From: Eledone cirrhosa
Lineage: Eukaryota
Length of the DNA: 64,000 nt
Reading direction: 5' to 3'
Assembly: GCA_964016885.1 (NCBI GenBank)
Contig: OZ024746.1
Span: forward strand, 17,236,001-17,300,000
Positions 57,001-64,000 of this stretch are shown here, piece by piece; position 1 is the stretch's first letter, and each line of letters starts with the position of its first letter. Under the pieces are notes generated by a model. It was not told the DNA's origin. It saw only the letters and a program-made list of their open reading frames with translations, and made no database searches. Position numbers and translations under genes: made by a program.

Positions 57001-60000
57001 CATGCGCATCACATGTCCATACCATCTCAGCCTTCTCACCTGCACACCACAACTTATCCCTCTTATACACAGTTTCTTTTTCAACTCGTCTATGCTTGGT
57101 TGTTCACACACATTGACATTGCACATCCAACGGAGCATACTTGCTTCATTTCTCTCCAGCCGTCGGATATCTTCTGCAGTTGCTGCCCATGTCTCACTAC
57201 CATGCAGCATCGTGCATCTCACACAGGCATCATATAACCGTCCTTTCGTATGCAGGGAGAAACCCTTCTTTGTCAACAAAGAAAGCAGCTCCCTAACTTC
57301 TTCCAACCAGTCATTCTAGACACTATGGCCTTGGAACAGCCCCTCCCATGCTAATCTGATCACCTAGGTACCGGAAGCTATCAACCACTTCTATAGAACC
57401 CACCTCCATTGGAAAAATGTGTCTGTTACTGCGATTACTACTGCCAACTTTCCCTGTACATCTACTGCATACGTAGTTTTCCCTACCTGTTAGTTTGCCT
57501 GCTATCCCACTACATCTCTTGTGTACCCAAGATCTGCATTGCGTACATTTTATTGAATTTATGCCAGTTCCTTTCCTACATATCGAACATGGCCATTTCC
57601 CTGATGGAATCGGAGTATTGTCCTCTCTTCTACTTATCAACACTTTTGTCTTAGCTATGTTCACTCTCAGTCCTCTTGATTCCAACTGCTGCTTCCATAA
57701 CCAGAATTTATTCTCCAGCTCCTCTACTGATTCTGCTATAAGAGCCAGATCGTCAGCATAGAGAAGTTCCCATGGGCATCCAGTCTTAAACTCCTCTGTT
57801 ATGGCTCGGAGGACTCTAATGAACAAGAGCGGGCTGAGGACTGAACCCTGATGTACACCTACTTGTATCTGGAATTCCTCACTAAACTCCATACTACTCT
57901 CACTTTACTGACAGCACCCCTGTACATAGCTTGCACTCTGTCCTCACAAGCCATTCCTCTACACCTAGTTTCCTTAGGGACCACCAGATGACAGATCGGG
58001 GTACCCTATCAAAGGCCTTGTCTAGGTCAACAAAAGCTAAGTATAGTGGCTTATTCTTCTCTAAGAACTTCTCTTGTAGTTGCCTCACTAAGAAGAGGGC
58101 ATCTGTTGTACTTTTCCAAGGCACAAAACCAAACTGCATCTCATCTAATTTGACCCTTTCTCTAATTAGTTGTGCTAATATTCTCTCTGCCACTTTCATA
58201 ACCTGATCCATCAGCTTTATGTCCCTATAATTGCTCCTCTCTAGAGCATCCCCTTTACCTTTGTAGCAATTTATGAGAATACAGCTGCACCAGTCTTTGG
58301 ATATGACACCACCATATATAACTTGATTGATGATGCGTGCAACCAGTTTAATGCCTACTTCACCTGATGCCTTCAGCATCTCAGCAACTATCCCCGACGG
58401 TCCAGCAGCTTTACCATTCTTAATTTCTTTAATTGCCTCTTGTACCCTATATTCGTCAATCTCAATAGCTGGTCCCTCTGTTGGGTCTATTGGGGGTAAT
58501 TTCACTCTGTCCCATTCGTCCTCCACATTCATCAGTCTCTTATAGTGACATTTCCAGGCCTCCTTTTTTTGATCATTTGTGACACTAAGTACACCGGCAT
58601 CATTCCAGACACATTTATCTCCAACAACATCCTGATTTGCACTGACACACTGCCTTGCAATGCGGAACACCGCACGTCTCTGATCTTCCCGACGCAGAAC
58701 ATTGGGGAACCTCCTACTCTCAGCCTCCCTGCGTGCTAAGTACACCTGACGTGTAGCTTCTCTCTTAGCGGCTGTGTATCCTTCTCTACATCCCACCATT
58801 TTTCCAAGCCTTCCATGCCAGTCTTTTGTCTCTAATGGCCTTATCTACCGTGCTGTTCCACCACCAGGTCACTCTCTGTCTGGTTGAAGCTCTGCCCCAA
58901 CCACAAGTTTCTTCAGTAGCCTGCAGTAAGTTGTCACGTAAGAAATTCCAGTTATCATCTATGTCATACAACTCTAAATCGTCTTCTTTTTCATCATACA
59001 CATCTTGAAGGGCTTTGCTAAATTTATTTAACATATATATAAGACCTTAGCCTAACATTATATCTAAGACCTTAATCTAACATATATTTGTGTCTAAGAT
59101 ATTAGTCTAGCATATATTTAAGTCTAAAATCTTAGTCTAACATATATTTAACCCTTTAGCATTTACATTACTCTATATTTACAATTGTATTTTGTGGTAA
59201 AGGCTTTATCTTACATAATTATCTCACATAATATCGAATCTACAAAATTTTGATGTTATTTATTTTGAGAACAATACCTTAACACAAGTATGAGCAGCCA
59301 GTCATGGCCAGTTTGAACAGAAAGAGGTGAAAGAATTCTGGCCGGATATGGCTGGTTTAAATGCAAATGAGCTAAGTCTAAGACGTTAGTCTAACAGTAA
59401 TGTAAAAACTTGGTCTAAAACCTTCAACTCTGCAGCAGAAACAACAATGAAACATTACCTTGAAATGACCGAATGCTTCCAAGACACCGTAATAACTCTG
59501 TGGACTAAACATACACAGAACAGACAATACTTCAAACAATTCTTTCTTTGTCATAGTGTGGTTTGTGTTTAAAGCTACAACAAAGATAAACAAGAAATTT
59601 GAATTATCTTGAAATGATTTATCAGAAAATATATGAAAACAGATCTGTTAATTCAAATTTTTAAAGCATCTATAGTAATAGATAGATTGTGAATATTTGC
59701 AGTAGAGTAAATACTTTAATTGTTAAGCTGATAGAGTTAGTGCTGTTTTGTACTTTTAAAGAATGTTTAACTAATGTGGTTTCATGTGGTACAGTTACCA
59801 TGAATTTGGTACAGTTATAGTGTTGTTTTGTACTTTTTAAGAATGTTTTGCAAATGTGGTTTTTTATGATTTGTTAATTCAAGTGACTATAATATCTTTA
59901 ATAGTGGACAGATAGTGAAAACATGCAGTAATTTTTATTGTGATGTAGTCATAGTGTTGTTTTATAGTTTTCAAGAATGTTTAGCTAATGTGATTTCATG

Positions 60001-60410
60001 TGGTGCAGGACGTTAATTTTTAAATATAAACACTAACCTGAAGTCAGTTTCTTGAGACCATCTGGAAGTTCCAAGATATGCATCATACCAACATCGGTGC
60101 TTAGTACTGTGGTAATACAGTTCAGACAGTCAAACTGTAGGATTGCATCAGAGAAATTGGATGGTCCATGAAGAATCATACCACTGAGACTATCCAGAAG
60201 ACAAGTTAGACCCCCATATTCTAGAAAATCCAACAGCCATGAACTAGTGGCATGTTCAATATTTGATTTAAGGGTGTAAAGGGAATTCATAGATGGGGAA
60301 CAAGCCAGAGCAAGACATTCTTCCACAGATTTCTGAACATTGAATATAAACACATCAGGAATAGAGTCATCCATGGTCTTTTGGTAAATTATATCAAGGG
60401 GATAATCCAT
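40580..60410 (-). CDS. INF2: Inverted formin-2-like formin (DID/FH3 - FH2 - DAD/WH2-like - basic tail) lacking FH1; about 1118 aa, 16 coding exons
   Basis: Exons 60410-60038, 59574-59459, 56519-56360, 55546-55473, 54907-54806, 52136-52057, 51651-51317, 50759-50647, 49459-49301, 48494-48237, 47706-47525, 46706-46586, 43650-43486, 42503-42395, 42134-41871 and 41325-40580 (3357 nt, GT-AG, phases consistent). INF2-type DID (W..FLE.GL..LL, SDAILQ..C, IRNEFVGL.LLD.L); FH2 LKKLHW, GNYLN, GFKLSSL, LLHH. May be a paralog rather than the ortholog; the N-terminus may extend upstream (acceptor at 60435, frame open). Confidence 0.88.
42541..42688. repeat. 18-bp minisatellite
   Basis: AGTGGATGGCAGTGGTGG(A) x about 8. 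Confidence 0.9.
42880..43480. repeat. Intronic CCA/CTA trinucleotide-derived minisatellite
   Basis: ACATACTATTACCTCGACCACCACCACTACT units. Confidence 0.9.
45074..45150. repeat. Short foldback with two opposed CTGATGA...GAAA hammerhead-like cores
   Basis: Plus: CTGATGA-TTTCATATGAAT-GAAA (45118-45140); the inverted copy lies at about 45084-45110. Confidence 0.6.
46852..47056. mobile_element. piggyBac-type MITE (TTAA-CCCTTT...AAAGGG-TTAA)
   Basis: TTAA at both ends, CCCTTTA/TAAAGGG termini; related copy in the opposite orientation at about 59148-59375. Confidence 0.7.
52484..53946 (-). mobile_element. Gypsy/Ty3 LTR retrotransposon fragment: RNase H C-terminus, intact integrase, PPT and partial 3' LTR
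   Basis: 395-aa open ORF (53933-52746) with HHCC (HDMHH...CVRC) and D-D-E (LAVDVTH, MDNSSAF, GIVERHH); G-rich PPT then TG at 52732; markedly GC-rich. Confidence 0.93.
54048..54455. repeat. (ACC/ACT/AAC)n low-complexity repeat
   Basis: Direct reading. Confidence 0.9.
55082..55336. mobile_element. hAT-like MITE (partial second copy at about 34735-34812)
   Basis: Termini CAGTACAGGACTT...AAGTCCAGCCCTG; internal TATAGCTTAGGGCC shared with the 34.8-kb copy. Confidence 0.45.
56786..59025 (-). mobile_element. 5'-truncated RTE-clade LINE in a formin intron
   Basis: GKAAGPSG, NYRDIKL, FVDLDKAFDRV, GVHQGSVLSP, LLYADDL, RLRWYGHVMRM, RGRPQKTW; four frameshifted ORFs; (ATG)n tail. Confidence 0.95.
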
Positions 60411-60533
60411 GCTAGTGTAATATGGAAATGGTAACTGAAAGAAAAAGAAATAGGTAATTAAATAATGAATATTTATATATAAGAATTATTATATTTAGCC
60501 CTTTCTAATATCTTTAATTGTTTCATTACCATA

Positions 60534-60729
60534 CGAGGGTCGGCTGAAAAGTTCATGGGCCCACTGTGATGGTGTGATGCTAGAGATGTGAAATTTTGCA
60601 TGACATTCATTTCAACTCTTATTAATAACTGCATTGTTCCTTTCCAGGGACTACGTTGAAAAATAAACCTCATTTGGTCATTCCATGAGAGTATTTTGGT
60701 CAGCATATAAACTTTTCAGCCGGCCCTCA
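60534..60729. mobile_element. Mariner/Tc1-type MITE, about 196 bp, TA TSD
   Basis: TIRs CGAGGGTCGGCTGAAAAGTT / AACTTTTCAGCCGGCCCTCA, each flanked by TA. Confidence 0.85.
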
Positions 60730-61115
60730 TATTTCCAATGAAAGACAAAGCTTATAATTTTCAAATAATTTTGTAAATAATCATGAATTTTGAAAGAGGT
60801 AGTAATATAACTTTCTCATTATTAATCTGTTTCTAACATGACTTAATAAAAGTTCTTAGATAAATATAAATATTTTTGAAACATAGAACCGGGGTAAGTT
60901 CCAAGCAGCTTGATATCGAAAGGGTTAAAGCAACAAACACAAACACATAATCATACACACACACAGAGTAATGGTTGTAATATGGCATTTAAACAACACC
61001 CACACACACCAACATGACATTAAATGAAAATACACATAAATATAGTATCATGACATTTCCAAACCCCGTCTAACCCATGCAAGCATGGGAAAAAGATGTT
61101 AGACGGAGATGATGA

Positions 61116-61154
<39 letters not shown>

Positions 61155-61517
61155 CAGTTGAGTCAACAGTTTATTCAAACACCAACTATGCTGAAAAATT
61201 ATTATTATTGTTGTTATTTGAACTCAGACCATTATGGTCTGAGTTCAAATCCTGCCGAGGTTAACTTTGCCTTTCATCCTTACGGGGGGGGGGGGGGGGG
61301 GGTCGATCAAATAAAGTACCAGTAATGCACTGGGATAATTGTTGACTGTGTGCCAAAAGTAGAAACAATTATTATTGTTGTTATCATTATTACAAGTTCT
61401 CTGATCTCTTCCTGGGTAAAATGGTGTCTCTCTGTCTTGGACCTTTAGGAAGTAACCCAAACTAGCTTTGTCTGTTGCTATGATGTTCACCAGCTACATT
61501 TGCCTGAAGGGTGACCG

Positions 61518-62310
61518 TGCCACCTGCACTGCCCTTCTGCCTACAACATTCTCCCTGCCACCTACACTCCACTCCCCGCCACCTGCACTCCTCTCTCTGC
61601 CACCTACACTGCCCTCCCTGCCACCTACACTGCCCTCCCCACCACCTGCCCTCCTCTCTCTGCCACCTACACTGCCCTCCCTGCTACCTACACTGCCCTC
61701 CCCGCCACCTGCACTCCTCTCTCTGCCACCTACACTGCCCTCCCTGCCACCTACACTGCCCTCCCTGCTACCTACACTGCCCTCCCCGCCACCTGCACTC
61801 CTCTCTCTGCCACCTACACTGCCCTCCCTGCCACCTACACTGCCCTTCTATCTACAACATTCTCCCTGCCACCTGCACTGCCCCCCCTGCCACCTGCACT
61901 CCTCTCCCTGCCACCTACACTGCCCTCCTCTCCCTGCTACCTACACTGCCCTCCTCTCTCTGCTACCTACACTGCTCTCCTCGCCACCTGCACTCCTCTC
62001 CCTGCCACCTACACTGCCCTCCTCTCTCTGCTACCTACACTGCTCTCCCCGCCACCTGCCCTCCTCTCCCTGCCACCTACACTGCCCTCCTCTCTCTGCT
62101 ACCTACACTGCTCTCCCGGCCACCTGCACTCCTCTCCCTGCCACCTACACTGCCCTCCTCTCCCTGCCACCTACACTGCCCTCCTCTCTCTGCTACCTAC
62201 ACTGCTCTCCCTGCCACCTACACTGCCCTCCTCCCTCTGCCACCTACACTGCCCTCCCCGCCACCTGCACTCCTCTCTCTGCTACCTACACTGCCCTCCC
62301 TGCCACTTTC
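61518..62310. repeat. C-rich minisatellite (GCCACCTACACTGCCCTCC variants)
   Basis: 21-27 bp units read directly. Confidence 0.9.
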
Positions 62311-62591
62311 ACCCACTGTCTACCCTGCCGTCCCAGCTCTCAATTCTTGGCCCCTTCTCACCAGGATTCTTGCTGATGACACCTCATTCCTGGACCCCCT
62401 CTAGTGTAGGACCTGTCTGTGCTACTAGAAAATCTTCAGTGACGTCATTCATTATGAGAGCTACATGTTACTAGTTCCATGGTGTGCTGCCTTAAATGGA
62501 ACTAGTAAAAACAAGGGGTCCAGCCAATATTGGAGAAAACTGCTGTAAATCTCAACTTGTTGGACAATGCTGTATGTATGAATGTATATAT

Positions 62592-63158
62592 ATCATCATC
62601 ATCATCATTTTACGTCCGCTTTTCCCTGCTCGCAAGGGTGGGACGGGTCTTATTCAGCACAGCATCTCTCCACTCGTCACGGTCCTTCATCATCTCCACC
62701 GTGAGCTTCAGCGATCTGAGGTCTGTTCTCACCACCTCCGCCCATGTTTTTCATGGTCTACCTCTACCACGTCTTCCTTCAACTGGCATTTCCTTGCACT
62801 TCTTCACCCATCGGTCATCCTCCATGCGCATCACATGTCCATACCACCTCAGTCTCCTCTCCCGTACACTACATTCTATCCCCCTCAGACACAGTTTCTC
62901 TCTCAACACATTCATGCTGGGTCGTTCACGCACATTGACACTGCACATCCAGCGGAGCATACTTGCCTCATTTCTCTCCAGCCGTCACATATCCTCTGCA
63001 GTTGCTGCCCATGTCTCACTACCATGCAGCATCGCGCTCCTCACACAGGCATCATATAACCTCCCTTTCGTACGCAGGGAGAAACCCTCCTTAGTCAGCA
63101 GAGGAAGCAGCTCCCTAAACTTCTTCAAACCCGTCCTTATTCTAGATACTATGGCCTC
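62592..63158 (-). mobile_element. RTE LINE 3' fragment
   Basis: MLRWMC...RLRWYGHVMRMEDDRWVKKC...RGRP; (ATG)n tail. Confidence 0.93.
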
Positions 63159-63292
63159 GTGTGTGTGTGTATTGCTATGATGACATTAACTGTTGTCAGC
63201 AACTACAGTAGCTGTCATAGTTATGAAAGATGATATGATAACTGAGGGTGATAAGAACAAACCTAATTACTGAATATGAAGCAACAACTGCA

Positions 63293-64000
63293 GCACAATA
63301 CCAGCAATATCATCACCAACACTACTACCAATACCAGCAATATCATCACCAACACTACTACCAATACCAGCAATATCATCACCAACACTACTACCAATAG
63401 CAGCAATATCATCACCAACACTACTACCAATACCAGCAATATCATCACCAACACTACTACCAATACCAGCAATATCATCACCAACACTACTACCAATACC
63501 AGCAATATCATCACCAACACTACTACCAATAGCAGCAATATCATCACCAACACTACTACCAATACCAGCAATATCATCACCAACACTACTTCCAACAGCA
63601 GCAATATCATCACCAACACTACTACCAATACCAGCAATATCATCACCAACACTACTACCAATACCAGCAATATCATCACCAACACTACTACCAATACCAG
63701 CAATATCATCACCAACACTACTACCAATACCAGCAATATCATCACCAACACTACTACCAATACCAGCAATATCATCACCAACACTACTTCCAACAGCAGC
63801 AATATCATCACCAACACTACTACCAATACCAGCAATATCATCACCAACACTACTACCAATACCAGCAATATCATCACCAACACTACTACCAATACCAGCA
63901 ATATCATCACCAACACTACTACCAATAGCAGCAATATCATCACCAACACTACTTCCAACAGCAGCAATATCATCACCAACACTACTACCAATAGCAGCAA
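63293..64000. repeat. 33-bp tandem minisatellite, more than 20 copies, running off the window
   Basis: CAATACCAGCAATATCATCACCAACACTACTAC units. Confidence 0.95.

Noticed and set aside
61468-62376. 302-aa Pro-rich ORF (LPPTLPSPPP) that could be taken for the missing FH1
   Set aside because: Opposite strand to the formin, upstream of the DID, and simply a minisatellite translation.
63263-64000. 245-aa hydrophobic ORF and regular repeat array
   Set aside because: 33-bp tandem minisatellite with no unique spacers; neither a CRISPR array nor a membrane protein.

Overview
AT-rich, repeat-dense animal genomic DNA. The (TA)n/(ATG)n microsatellites, RTE LINEs and tRNA-derived SINEs suggest an octopus/cephalopod genome (inference). 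Five protein-coding genes could be assembled by hand, with GT-AG junctions and consistent phases in all spliced ones: an intronless EFCAB10-like gene (+) with RFX X-boxes; a 53-aa three-exon STMP1-like microprotein (+) that the ORF track misses; TFB1M (+, 4 exons); an FBXL12-like F-box/LRR gene (-, 3 exons); and a 16-exon INF2-type formin (-, about 1118 aa). The formin has DID, FH2 and DAD-like regions but no proline-rich FH1, and the conserved actin-binding Ile of FH2 is replaced by Leu. The rest is mostly mobile DNA: RTE, CR1 and CRE/RLE LINE fragments, an intact Gypsy integrase fragment, SINEs, MITEs and minisatellites. There is also a family of foldback (palindromic) elements in (TA)n tracts, some carrying back-to-back hammerhead-ribozyme-like cores, and one 339-bp near-perfect palindrome. 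All homology calls come from remembered family motifs; no database search was run.
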